From positions 37,572,001 through 37,636,000 of the forward strand of contig OZ024741.1 in assembly GCA_964016885.1 (NCBI GenBank): a stretch of DNA of 64,000 bases, written 5' to 3'. Source of the DNA: Eledone cirrhosa. Its lineage: Eukaryota. Positions 26,038 to 38,941 of the stretch are shown in pieces (position 1 is the stretch's first letter; each line of letters opens with the position of its first letter). The position numbers and the translations under genes are program-made. Below the pieces are notes generated by a model. It ran no database searches and was not told where the DNA came from. It saw only the letters and a program-made list of their open reading frames with translations.

Positions 26038-26127
<90 letters not shown>

Positions 26128-26929
26128 GTGTATATACATAGACACACACATGTGAGAAGCTTCATTAAACCTGATAGCAAAATCAACTCTGACAGAATTT
26201 ACAAATGTGAAACACTGAACTAAGTTATTCTAAGGCATTTAATATCACTGTGTATCATTTTACCAACAACAGTGCCAATAACTCAATATGATTTCTTAAT
26301 TAGATATAATGCCTCAAGGAAGTAGACTTAATGTTCATTGCCTTCAGACATAAATAATAATTGCAATACAGTTAATACCTTAGATGTGTGATCATTGTTT
26401 CTCTAAATAATCTTATCTTAATTTCTTCATTACGTATGAAGACAAAGATTTATAGATAGTGAAATTGTTATAAAATTGTAACATACATTCCTCTCTTTAC
26501 ATCATTGTTGATGTCAGAAAGAAATGATGGGTTTCACACAGCAGAAGTTATAATGATGATCAACACAAAAAGGGATCAGTTAGTCAATGCCTGGTATTTG
26601 GTCATCTTCTGCTGCTCTGCATTGTAGATGGTAGTCTCCAGGTTTCCTGCTGAAGTGATGAGGTTGACACAGGGAGAAAGTGTAATAACACGTATTGTTA
26701 GAGATTTATGTTCAATAATTATTTTAATATTATCAGGATCTTCTTAAATTGAATGATAACGATGTTTAGATTCTGAACCCAGGATTCACTGCATTCATTG
26801 TTGTTGTTGTTGCTGTCATCATTTTACATCCTCTCTGCATGCTGTCATGAATTGTCATACTTAGAGAACCTCACTTTGTTCATGCATTTTTTTTTACATT
26901 GTTTTTATGTGTGGATTTCCTTCCTATTG

Positions 26930-27882
26930 TCAACCACTTTACAGAGTGTACTGGGTGTTTTTCTACTGTGACACCAGCATTAGCTCTTTATAGAATGTAC
27001 TCATGGCATCAGCACTGTCACTTTATAGAGTGTACTGGGTGCATTTATTGTGGCACCAGCACTCACTTCACAGACTAAATTAGGTGCATTTTATCGTGGT
27101 ACCAGTACTACCACTTTACAGTGTATACAAGATGCATTTTTCCGTGGTACCAACACTACCACTTTACAGTGTATACAGAGTTCATTTTATCATGGTACCA
27201 GCACTACCACTTTACACTACATACAAAGTGCATTTTATAATGGTACCAACACTACCACTTTACAGTGTATACAGGGTGTATTTTATCATGGTTCCAGCAA
27301 TACCACTTTACAGTGTATACAGGGTGTATTTTATAATGGTACCAACACTACCACTTTATAGTGTATAGCGGGTGTACTTTATCTTGGTAAAGCACTACCA
27401 CTTTGCAGTGTATACAGGGTGTATTTTATAATGGTACAGCACTACCACTTTATAGTGTATAGCAGGTGTACTTTATCATGGTACCAGCAATACCACTTTA
27501 CAGTGTATAGCAGGTGTACTTTATCATGGTACCAGCAATACCACTTTACAGTGTATACAGGGTGTATTTTATCATGGTACCAGCAATACCACTTTACAGT
27601 GTATACAGGGTGTATTTTATAATGGTACCAACACTACCACTTTACAGTGTATAGCGGGTGTACTTTATCATGGTTCCAGCAATACCACTTTGCAGTGTAT
27701 ACAGGGTGTATTTTATAATGGTACAGCACTACCACTTTATAGTGTATAGCAGGTGTACTTTATCATGGTACCAGCAATACCACTTTACAGTGTATAGCAG
27801 GTGTACTTTATCATGGTACCAGCAATACCACTTTACAGTGTATACAGGGTGTATTTTATCATGGTACCAGCAATGCCACTTA
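26930..27882 (+). repeat. 48-bp minisatellite, ~20 units, derived from the RTE/SINE 3' module
   Basis: Unit CCACTTTACAGTGTATACAGGGTGTATTTTATCATGGTACCAGCAATA; 287-bp higher-order duplication (27398 vs 27685). Confidence 0.93.
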
Positions 27883-28589
27883 ACTAAGTGAACTGCATTC
27901 TATAAAAAACAAAACAAATATCTTCATATAGTTACTTTGAATAATGTATTTGTCATTTTCCTCTCTAACTGATTCCTGGCTAACAATATGAGTGAAGTGT
28001 ATATATTATTAATGCTTTATTTTAAATAGGGAATTGTTCACTTATTTATGGCTAAAAAACAAATAAACAAACCAACAAGCAAAAAAAACAATTGAAAAAC
28101 TATGGGACATTTTTTTTTGTTTGTTTATGCTTTGTTTAACCCTTAAACTTACTTCAAAAAGAAAAGATTTACTGCAAATCTTAAAGAATGTAATAGACTG
28201 TTCCGAATGTAATTTTTGGCATGATGAAACATGTTTTATCATGTTGATGCTTAAAGGCTATTGCAAGACACAAACAAGAGAGAAGAATATTGAAAACAAA
28301 ATCTTCATTACACCTATTCAACTTGAATTGCTATACCTCTCTTCTACTCCCCCATCTCTCTCTAATTTTCCTCTTAATTTATCTATGTATCTTCTAAAAC
28401 AGACTGTTCTTCCCACCATCATTTCACATCGCTTACATCTTTTCTATCTGTCTATCTATTTGTTTTTACATATATGATTTTCTTTTCACTCCCCATTCTG
28501 TCTCTACATCAGAGCCCTCTCTTGGAATTATTTAATACCAAGAAGAACAAAACCATTAATCAGATGATAGCTACCAACAGCATCATGCA

Positions 28590-28623
<34 letters not shown>

Positions 28624-28680
28624 CACATACATAGATGAGATGTTACTAGATACTTAAACAAAGTAGTGTGTAGATATTAT

Positions 28681-28736
28681 TATAGGGATTCTTTTCCCAT
28701 TGACTAAATTTAGCCATTGGGAAAAGTACCCCTATA
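28681..28736. repeat. Imperfect 56-bp spacerless palindrome next to a TA repeat
   Basis: TATAGGG..CTTTTCCCA..CTAAA|TTTAG..TGGGAAAAG..CCCTATA. Confidence 0.75.
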
Positions 28737-29038
28737 TATAATATTCATACATAGATCCATATATATATAATGTAGGAAAATGGACATTAAACGGTGATGA
28801 TGATGATGATAATGAAGATGATTTATATGTATATATATATATACATATATATATATATCATCATCATCGTTTTACGTCCATTCTTCCACGCTAGCATGGG
28901 TTAGACGGGTTGTCCTGTTGTGGGCAGTGTCCAGTCAGCTGACCTTGTCTTGCTCATACGGGAACTGATCTATATATATGTGTATGTATATATATATATA
29001 TGGCTATGGAGGCACATGGCTTATATATATATGGCTAT

Positions 29039-29364
29039 GGAGGCACATGGCCTTGCAATCGAAAGTTTGTGAGTTCAATTCTCAGACTGGATGATGTGTT
29101 GTTTCCTTGAGCAAGACACTTTATTTCACATTGCTCCAGTTTACTCAGCTGTAGAAATGAGATGATAGGGACTGGGGTCCCTATCATTCCACTACAAAGT
29201 CGTCGTGGAGGTGCCACGGCAAAAAAGCACCGAGCACTCACTGTAAATGAGGTTGGTGTTAGGAAGGGCACCCAGCTGTAATCAAGCCAGAATCAGTTCT
29301 CGTCCCACCCTTGCAAGCAGGGAAAAAGGGGACATAAAATGAAATGATGATGAAAATGAAATGA
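29039..29364 (+). mobile_element. CORE-type SINE copy with rearranged 5' head
   Basis: Near-identical to 13316 copy; the first ~30 nt are duplicated and the A box is lost. Confidence 0.88.
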
Positions 29365-29647
29365 TATATATATAAAAGTAAACGAGATATCGTTTAGGGT
29401 TATCTAATGTAAGGTTACGAGTAAGCTGTACTGTGGAATATTTCAATGTCTAGCATTGGTTGTTTACTTAGTTGGATGTTTTGGATGGTTGATTCCGGAA
29501 AGTTCCGAGGTTAGTAGTTCTTGGAGTATTAATAATGCATAAATAATGATTAACACTGATTAGCAATACAATAACAATACAAAATGTTTTAGCAATACAA
29601 AATGTTTTATCACTTAGTATCATAGTATGCATGCAAAGGATTGAATA

Positions 29648-29691
<44 letters not shown>

Positions 29692-29880
29692 TATATATAT
29701 ACTCTACTACCCTAAGTATCGAGTACTCTGGTGCGTTATGGTCCACCTGGTTTCTTACCACACTTCCTTCGTTATATATATATATATATATAAATGAAAT
29801 GTATAGAAAGTATTGTAGCAAGAAGCCAACAGTATTCCATAATATAATATATATATAATATATATATATATAATATATAT

Positions 29881-29953
<73 letters not shown>

Positions 29954-30294
29954 TCATTATTATCATCATCATCATCACCGTTTAATGTCCATGTTTCCAT
30001 ACTGGCATGGGTTATCCTGTTGTGAGCAATGCCAAGTCAGGTGACCATGTCTTGCTAAAGGAATGCGGCAAGCAGAGAGATGTTGTGCTGAAAAGGACAC
30101 ATCCAACCCATGCAAGTGTGGAAATACGGGCATAAAACGATGATGATGATGATATATATATATTTATATATATAAAGGATCCAGAATGTCATTTATTACC
30201 ACATCAATTAAGGTATATGTACTTGGGAAGAAATTTATTCCCAAATTGTAATTAATACTGAAAGTCTACATACAAAGAATCCTTTTAAATATTC

Positions 30295-30740
30295 TTCTTT
30301 TCCCTCGTTTATTCCAGGAAGGATTGTAGGGACAGAGTACTCAACTATGCCATCCTGTCAGAAACAACTGTCCCCAATTGATCTGGCTGGATCCCCAAGT
30401 GAAACCATCTTGTTTTGGGTCTACCGCTGGGTCTTCTGCTTGTTGGTTTTGCCCATAAAATCTTTAACGATTCTTCCCTGAGACATTCTGACAACATGTT
30501 TGTAGTATTGCCGCTATGATCTCTTAATTTAGAGAAGTAGCAGCGCTTCATGGAGCAACTCACTGATCTCCAAGCTATGTACTCTATCGAGTAACATTAC
30601 TCTGAAGACCCTTCAGAGGAACCCCATTTCAGCTGCTTGTATTTGCGATTGTATTCTTTTGGTCATTACCCAAGATTCATGAAAGTTGGTATGAATACCG
30701 AATTGAAGATAGCAAGTTTGATTTTCACACCAACCTCCCT
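30295..30740 (-). mobile_element. Expander/Rex3-like RTE 3' fragment
   Basis: HESWVMTKRIQSQIQAAEMGFL and RRPSGRPKTRW. Confidence 0.75.
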
Positions 30741-33299
30741 TCTGATTACTGAATACTAGCAGTACCAGTGTGACACAATATGTGATAAGACACGCACTTT
30801 GAACTACATGTACAATCCATCCAATGGTTTTCCACACATTTTCTTTCTACTCAATTTCAGCCACAAGGTTTCGGTCAGTCCGAGGTTACGGTACAGTTAC
30901 TTGCAGTTCAGTATAGGTACACTATTTTCTTGCAAATTAAGAGGTGACTAACAGGGCATCCAGCTGTAAAACATTTCTTAAACAAGGATTCCATGATGAA
31001 TATGTAGCTTGTCATGTAGCCCACTTCACCAGGGAAGATGACTTTAAAATACTTGTTGTACTGTTGTGTACAGACAGTCTTAGAAACCTAGCAGACAAAT
31101 AATAGTACCTAGAAACTATTCTAAGTGAATGGTAGACATAAAAAATGGTAAACTGATTTCTTTAAAAAAGAAAAATCTGTTGAAGATTGATTAGTTACTT
31201 ATCAAAGTGGAGCAAAATGTAATCAAGTTAGCAAGAAGTTTTTGAAGTTAATGATTTTCTGTCTATAAGCAAGTTGATGAATGTTCTTGTAATGTGTTGT
31301 GTTGTTGTTGTGTTGTCTTGTAAGAATCTATGTTAGTTATTTTACAGTAAGGTGTAAATGGTGTTGACATAGTGTTGCAGATCAGATCATATTATGATAG
31401 AAGCTTTCAAAAAGCCAAAGTGTTTTAAGAGAAGGATTGCTGTGAATTATTTAATATTCAATTTAAAAAAAAATTATTTACCCCTTTTGATAACAAACTG
31501 CCTGAAACCATCTCTAGTTCTATGATACAAAGCTGTTTGTTTTTAAATATTGACACATGGCCTAGTGGTTAGGGTGTTGGGATTCTGGTTATAAGGTCGT
31601 AGATTTGATTCCCAGGTTGGGTGGCACATTGTGTCCTTGAGCAAGGCACTTCATTTCATGTTGCTCAAGTTTGTCTGCAACATTACTGATGCCAAACTGA
31701 ATCAGCCTTTACCTTTCCCTTAGACAACAATGGATGGTGGTGGGGACAGAAGAGATTAAGTGGAAATAAATTTCAATTAGGTCACAAAATACAGAAAAGG
31801 AACTTTGCTTTGTGTATTTGGTTTAGAATAGTTACATCTTATTCCTGTATATCGTAAGAGGCAACTAAAAGAGTTGACACCAGGAGGGGCATCTGGTTGT
31901 AAAAGATTGCTTCAAAAAGGACCCTATAGTGAGTATGAAGCTTGTCTTGAGGCCCGTAAGTTTAACTCCTGCTTTAGCCTTAAAACTGTTGAATATATGT
32001 GTATCTGATTTAAAATAGGTGCAAACCCATGGTCAATCTACCATCATAATTTTATATAAAAAAAACCTTTATCCTAACAACAGCTTAATAAAGAGAAAGT
32101 TATTTATGTTACTAAATCCATTCAAAATCTTAATTATTTTCAAAATTATTTGAAAACTGTAAGCACTGTTTTTCATTACAAATATGGTAACGAAAGGGTT
32201 AATCAACCTTGAACTGGTGATGGTATTTACCAAAGTTCAGTAACACAATAGATAGCATTGTTGGATCTATAAATAGCTATATAAATATACATTACAGCAA
32301 TGCTGTGACAAGTTGGGGATGAAGTCATCAAATAAACCTTGCTTCCATCTATAGATTAAATATATCCAGTTTAAAATAAGTACACCATACCTCTACATGC
32401 CATAAGAGGTGACTAAAAGAACTCTATAACGAGTATGAAGTCTATCATGAGGCTCACAAAGCTAACTCCTGCTTCAGCAGGTAAAATGGCCTTAAAATGC
32501 TTTATGTTGTTGTTTGTAACTTTTAAATTTATATGGATTTATATTGTTAAATAAACATTTGTTGATTAGTGTCAACAAGAACAAGTTCTTAGGATCCTAT
32601 ATATAATATAATAGCAGGATGAAATAAGATGGCAGTTTTGTATGTATTGTGGTTGTTTAAGCTCACTCCCGTGTTGGTTTAGCTTACTTCCTGTGAGAAT
32701 GCATCTCAAAGAAGGTTTCTAGGGTGTTTTAATATTAGGGACCTCCAGTCCTGTCATGAAAAGCAACAAGAAATGAAGTATCTTGCTCAAGAACACTACA
32801 TACATGAATCCAGAAATTAAACCCATGGACTTATGTTCATGAATCCAACATTTTAACCACTAGGCAGGCCATGCACCTTCACATGTGTCATTGGACACAG
32901 AAATTGTGAAGAAACTGTATTGATTATACACATATGGTTTCTGAATGAAAAATAACACCCTATTGTCGATTTAGTGGAAATCATCACATTCCAACAATTC
33001 TACTGGCTATCAATTCTAGTGAGAGGAGGAGATGGAAATAGATATAGAGAGAGGGTGAGAAAGAGAGAGAGAGGAGGAGAAGAAGGGAGAGAGAAAGAGC
33101 TAACAATCATTGTTTTAGTTTGTCCATATTTTGATGCAGTACACTAGTGGCTGTTGTGGGATTTCTTGAATCAATTCTCTGGCAAATCTAAATTTACAAC
33201 AACAGTCATATAGTTTATCGTGGCCATAAAGCTATATCGGAGTTATTAAAACATTGAATAGAATGCAAGTATGGGGCTTCAATGATGAAATAATTACAT

Positions 33300-33650
33300 G
33301 AGGCACATAGCTTAGTGGTTAGAGCATTGGCCTTGCAATCGAAAGGTTGTGAGTTCAATTCTCAGACCGGGTGATGTGTTGTTTCCTTGAGCAAGACACT
33401 TTATTTCACATTGTTCCAGTTTACTCAGCTGTAGAAATGAGATGATAGAGACTGGGGTCCCAATCATTCCACTGCAAAGTGGTCGTGGAGATACCATGGC
33501 AAAAAAGCACCCAGCACTCACTGTAAATGAGGTTGGTGTTAGGAAGGGCATCCAGCTGTAAAAATCAATCCAGAATCAGTTCCCGTCCCACCCTTGCAAG
33601 CAGGGAAAAAGCGGACGTAAAATGAAATGATGATGAAAATGAAATGATGA
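33300..33650 (+). mobile_element. CORE-type SINE copy
   Basis: Near-identical to 13316 copy, with one fewer 48-nt module. Confidence 0.9.
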
Positions 33651-34017
33651 AATCTTTACTGCTCAGAAGTCACCCCTCTAGACTCTCTCCCTACTCATCT
33701 TACCAAAAGAAGTGGACTTGCAATAGTTTAAGTGGGACATAGATGGCATCAAGTTCTATTGTGTTGGAAAGACTGTGATGGCCATGCACATAGCCTCTTA
33801 CTCCAGGCCTACAAAGTAGAAAAGAATAAGACTAACCCTTTTTAGACTATGTCACCTGAACTCGCCCATTGTTCTACGGTAAAAAAATTATTTGTTTTAA
33901 AGTGTTTATATTCATCTTAAAACTTTCCATTATAATAAGAACCTTTGTTAAGCTATGCTCCAAACACCAGCTTAATAATAAAGTTAATTATAAATTGAAA
34001 TAGAAATATGACATAGT

Positions 34018-34151
34018 ATTTGACTAAATAATATAGTCTAATAACAGGATGTATAAATCCACTGAATGGAAATAGATGTATATCGACTCCTGTGTTTTTC
34101 CATTCAGTGGATTTATACATCCTGTTATTAGACTATATTATTTAGTCAAAT
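34018..34151. repeat. Inverted repeat: perfect 55-bp arms, 24-nt spacer, plus outer 16-bp arms (33993-34008/34169-34184)
   Basis: 34018-34072 vs 34097-34151. Confidence 0.92.
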
Positions 34152-35299
34152 GTTACAGCAAAGCCTTCTATTTCTATTTCAATTTTCAAACTTCACTCAC
34201 TACTTTCTATACATACTTCCAAAGTTAATTATATTGCTAAATCCTTCCAAATTCTTGGTTATTTTCAAAATTAATTGAAAATCATAGGCAGGTTTTCAAA
34301 ATATATTTTTAGAGATATGGTAATGAAATGCTAAATATTCTTAAGAGTTATCTCCTATACTTCTGTACAATATTGTATGTATGGTCCTGTAACTCCTGAT
34401 AGAGTCGTAGGGGCGTTGTATTGATATACAGTGTTTCTTGGGCATTTTAAGCCTGGCGGAGCCCATCCCTCTCCAGGCCTGAGTACAGCGGATTTCTTCC
34501 AGAGAAAGCTAGAAAGGGAGAGAGAGGAAATGAGAAAGATATATAGAGGAAGAATCGACCTCAGTACTTGACTGGTACTTTTCTTTATCGACCTCGAAAG
34601 GATGAAAGGCAAAGTTGACCTCGGCAGGGTCTGAACTCAAAGAGCAGAGAGCTGGAATGAATACCATAAAGCTTTATATCTGACATTCTAATGACTCTGC
34701 CAATATGCCGCCTTTGTACAATATTAATCTTTGATAATTATTGCTTTGGGAATTTTTCTTTTGTGTTAATGTTCTTTCAATTATTTAATTTCTAAACAAT
34801 CCATGAATCAATTTTATAGTCTTCTGCATAATTTGTTGTTTCTAGAATTTTCAAAGTAAGAAGTTTGGTCCACAAAAAGGTCACCAAGTAATTTAAAGCT
34901 GTGTCTAATAATATTGGTTCTAGAGCGGCTTAAGTTTTCTTATCTCCAGTTGAAAAAAAAATTCATAAATTTTACTTCCAGATCTTTTTAACTCCTCAAC
35001 TGAACCAGCTTTCTAAATAATTTGAAGAGACTTAAAGTAGTACCTACCAAATCCACTGTCTCTCCTCTTACTAGTAACACCAAAGAACATCAACTACAGC
35101 CTACTATCACACTCAGTAACATAAACACACACACACAGAAGACAAAATTACTAGGTCACAATACAACACCTCTACAACACGCATAAGAAACAGTAGAGAA
35201 AGCAAAGCAATGCACAAACATACTTAGAGTGTTTATAGGAACCACTTTTGGCCAACAGAGAGAAATAAAACAATGATGTACAAACAAATAAATTACACC

Positions 35300-35520
35300 A
35301 AACGTGGTCTATGTCACGCTTACCTCAGCCTCCAGTTTCTTTATAACATTATCATTGGATTGGGCAAATTGTCTGGGCCTATTCCACACTCTCTCTCCAG
35401 ATGTCCCTGTCCTCCATACCTGTTTTGTCAAACCAACATCTTTAGTCAGTTGGTTGATATAAGTCATCTGAAGATATCCAATGTGAGAGTGTCCATGGGT
35501 TGGTATCCACAAAGGGAGAC
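35300..35520 (-). mobile_element. Decayed RTE C-terminal fragment of another family
   Basis: LWIPTHG....G....TYINQL.KDVG resembles RTE ORF C-termini. Confidence 0.5.
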
Positions 35521-36479
35521 TTCATAACGAACCACAATAAACCACTAAGTAGACAAAACAATGCACTTTGCATCATAACAGTTTGTTTACAAATCACACC
35601 CATAGACGCAGCAAAATAAAAACACTAAAAAGGAAAAGCCACTTTGAAATGCAAGAACAGTTTATTGCTGTAACAATCTTCAACCTTAACAGTCCCATAA
35701 GGAACCACCTCCAAACTCATAGTCACATACACAGCACCACTATATCTCTCCCACCTTGCCTAAACAATCATATAAACTAACAGGTATCACAGAGATGCCA
35801 CATTAAAATAGAATCACTCTCCTCAAACACTGTGTTGAGATGAACACCATCAACAGTATGTGAAGAAGAGCTCTGATAAAGTCCACCTTAACTACCTTTG
35901 CTGTGGTTATCATCAAAATCTATGGGTACACAGCGATAGATGGAACAGTAGAGGAAGTGCAACATGTCTAAACTAATCATGCTGCAATCTATCACTGCTT
36001 GTTACATTACGCAATGATTGTTGTCAACTAGACAGTGATATGGTAGACATGGAAAGATGCATCTGTTGATTACACCTTGTAGTTCTAATTTGGCCAACTA
36101 CCTGTGTGGTGCAGAACTAACTTGGGTCAATAAAACATTAACAGGACCAAGAGGAGAATGAGATATTAAGGCAGCAGTTGGGTGGGAATTTTCAGACTTA
36201 AGAGTTGATAATGCTGATACACACACACACATCACAGAAAAATAGGCAGATAGATAAACAGTTTGATAGTTGGAGAGCAAGAGAGTGAACAAAAGAGATG
36301 CTAAAGTATTTGTAAACCAGAAATTGTAATAGAACTATGTTCCCATTCTTGCCACTTAGCTATATAATATGGACACTCCAGGTTCGATAAAATAAAGTAC
36401 CAATCGACTTTCCCCTTCTTCCAAAGTTCTGGTCTTGTGCCAGTGATAGAAAGAATTATTTTTTAATTACTCATCAGAT

Positions 36480-36750
36480 TGCATGCAGAAATATCAAACA
36501 GTTCCATTAATCATCAAGATATCAGTAATAACATTAGTTATCTTTTCCAAAATATTTTTCTTTCTCCTCTCACAGTAGGAGTAGTCTTTGAAACATGCAT
36601 TACATCTATAAATATCTTCTTTGCAGGAAAACTATTTACTGAACAATGCATGGTCAAACAGTGTTTATTTAAAGTCAGAACATGTCACAGCCAGATAACT
36701 GTTCCCAGAACTAGACCACCTTATGTTATAAAATATTTTTCTCTTCAAAG
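36480..36750 (-). pseudogene. Decayed hAT-like transposase fragment
   Basis: Minus-strand WSSSGNSYLAVTC ... EKITNVITD resembles hAT D.WTS...YL.VT.H and KI..I.TD blocks; internal stops. Confidence 0.45.
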
Positions 36751-37505
36751 GCAGCAACAGTTGGAAGAGAAAGCTCAAAGTGCTGATGTGACAAAAATGA
36801 AAGGTTTCATACTAAAAACATATTCTACTAGTTTTTTTGTTTGTTTTGTTTTTGTGGGCAGGGTTGGGTGTGAAACATCTGTTGGTCATATGCAAAAGAA
36901 TTTCAACAAAAGAAACTTGCTCCACAAAACTTAGGTACAGAAAGAATGAAGAATAAAGCAAAGTAAATAAATGAATAAATAAGTAAATATATATGTAGAA
37001 GGAGAGATAGATATATATGTACCAGACAAAGCTAGCTCAAAGTAGATATAACATGACAGTCATGTTTTATTATATATCCAAAGTAAACTAAAAGATATGG
37101 TATAGTGTTTTTGTAACATATGTCTCATGAAAAAGACACTGTCGATAATTTTCAAATGATTTTAAAAATAATCAAGTAATAATATTATTTAGTACTATGA
37201 CTAATCTTATTATTATTAAATTGGTATTTGGAACATAATTTAACTAGCACTTTCGTATATTAAAAATTACACAGAAAACAAATTAACACAGAGGTTTCTG
37301 ATTTAAGCACAAGGCCAACAATTTGGGGTAGGAAAAAGTCGATTAAATCAATCCCAGTACTTTATTTTGTCGACCCTGTAAGAGTGAAAGACAAAGCTAA
37401 CTTTGATGTGATTTGAACTCAGACCATAAAGAGCCAGAACAAATACTACTAAGCATTTGTCTAGCAATTTAATGGCTCTGCCAATCCACCACTCGCGCAC
37501 GCGCA

Positions 37506-37581
<76 letters not shown>

Positions 37582-37692
37582 AAATTAGAATTTTATTTCT
37601 CACACTAGCACAGTTGATACATAAATGTATGTATGCACACGTATACACACATATATATACACACATATTTATATATATACATATATACACAT

Positions 37693-37870
37693 ATACACAT
37701 ATGTACGTATGGGTTATATCGAACATTAATAATAATGTTCGATTCGTTTGTAAACAAACAGGTGACGATCGGTCACCGGCACGGCACATCTTCGAATTGG
37801 GCCGTTTGTTTACAAACGAATCGACCATTATTATTAATGTTTGATATAACCCATACGCACATATGTGTAT
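37693..37870. repeat. Inverted repeat: 67-bp arms, 44-nt GC-rich structured spacer, 3 mismatches
   Basis: 37693-37759 vs 37804-37870, embedded in TA/TG-rich simple repeat. Confidence 0.92.
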
Positions 37871-37925
37871 GTATGTATGTATGTATATATATGTATATAC
37901 ATAAATGTGTATGTATAAATATATG

Positions 37926-37959
<34 letters not shown>

Positions 37960-38525
37960 TATAAATGTGTATATATATATATGTGTATATGTATGCATAC
38001 TTGCATTTATTTATATATATATATATATGAGACCCCAGCAGACAACTGAAGAGGGGGACCTGTCCCTTGTTTGTGATTTCCTTTTATTTCTAAATACACT
38101 TTATCAAGTAACCACTCAGCCCCTTGTTCCTTCTAAATGTTTATATATATATATATATATATATGTATCACCATTTAATGTCAATTTTTTTCCACACTGG
38201 CATGGGTTAGACAAGTTATCCTGTTGTGAGCAATGCTAGATCAGGTGACCATGTCATGCTCATACAGAACCAATTTTGGCTTGGTTTCTACAGCTGGATG
38301 CCCTTCATTGTGCCAATCTCATTTATAGTCAGTGGTGGGTGCTTTTTGTCGTGACACCTACTCGACTACTTTACAATGTGGACTGGGTGCTTTTTGTCGT
38401 GACACCTACACGACCACTTTACAGTGTAGACAATGCTCAAACCACTGAGCCATGCGCCTTCACTATTATATATATATATTTAATACTTAATCTCTATATA
38501 TAATGTGTGTGGGTTTTTTAAATAC

Positions 38526-38559
<34 letters not shown>

Positions 38560-38680
38560 AGGTGAGTTTTATTGTAGTACAATAAAGCAATGCAGATATC
38601 GGATAATAAGCACTCTACAGTTTGTAGGACTGGAGTATTCATAATATATAAGAACAAAAGATGGTTAAAAGAGTTCCATG

Positions 38681-38751
38681 TATTTTATTATGCGCATTTC
38701 AAAAACAAATATCATCATGCAATAATATTTGTGTTTTCATCAGATAAAACA
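38681..38751 (-). ncRNA. Mirror-image type I hammerhead ribozyme in the left palindrome arm
   Basis: Exact reverse complement of 38871-38941. Confidence 0.85.
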
Positions 38752-38870
38752 TGAAGACATGATATGAAGGTTAAAAAACACTTGTGGATAGTTCAGTTTT
38801 AAATCAACATATTGTTGATTTAAAACTGAACTATCCACAAGTGTTTTTTAACCTTCATATCATGTCTTCA

Positions 38871-38941
38871 TGTTTTATCTGATGAAAACACAAATATTAT
38901 TGCATGATGATATTTGTTTTTGAAATGCGCATAATAAAATA
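38871..38941 (+). ncRNA. Type I hammerhead ribozyme, intact core
   Basis: Stem I TGTTTTAT/ATAAAATA; CTGATGA (38879-85); ~16-bp stem II; GAAA (38922-25); stem III A-T,T-A with palindromic loop (ATGCGCAT); cleavage triplet AUA. Confidence 0.85.

Noticed and set aside
26930-27882. Repeat array as CRISPR, or as repeat-protein ORFs (27050-27891)
   Set aside because: Head-to-tail units without unique spacers, no cas genes, eukaryotic context; the ORFs arise because the 48-bp unit is a multiple of 3.
36479-36934. 151-aa plus-strand ORF
   Set aside because: No recognisable motif or splice context; the opposite strand better fits a decayed hAT transposase.
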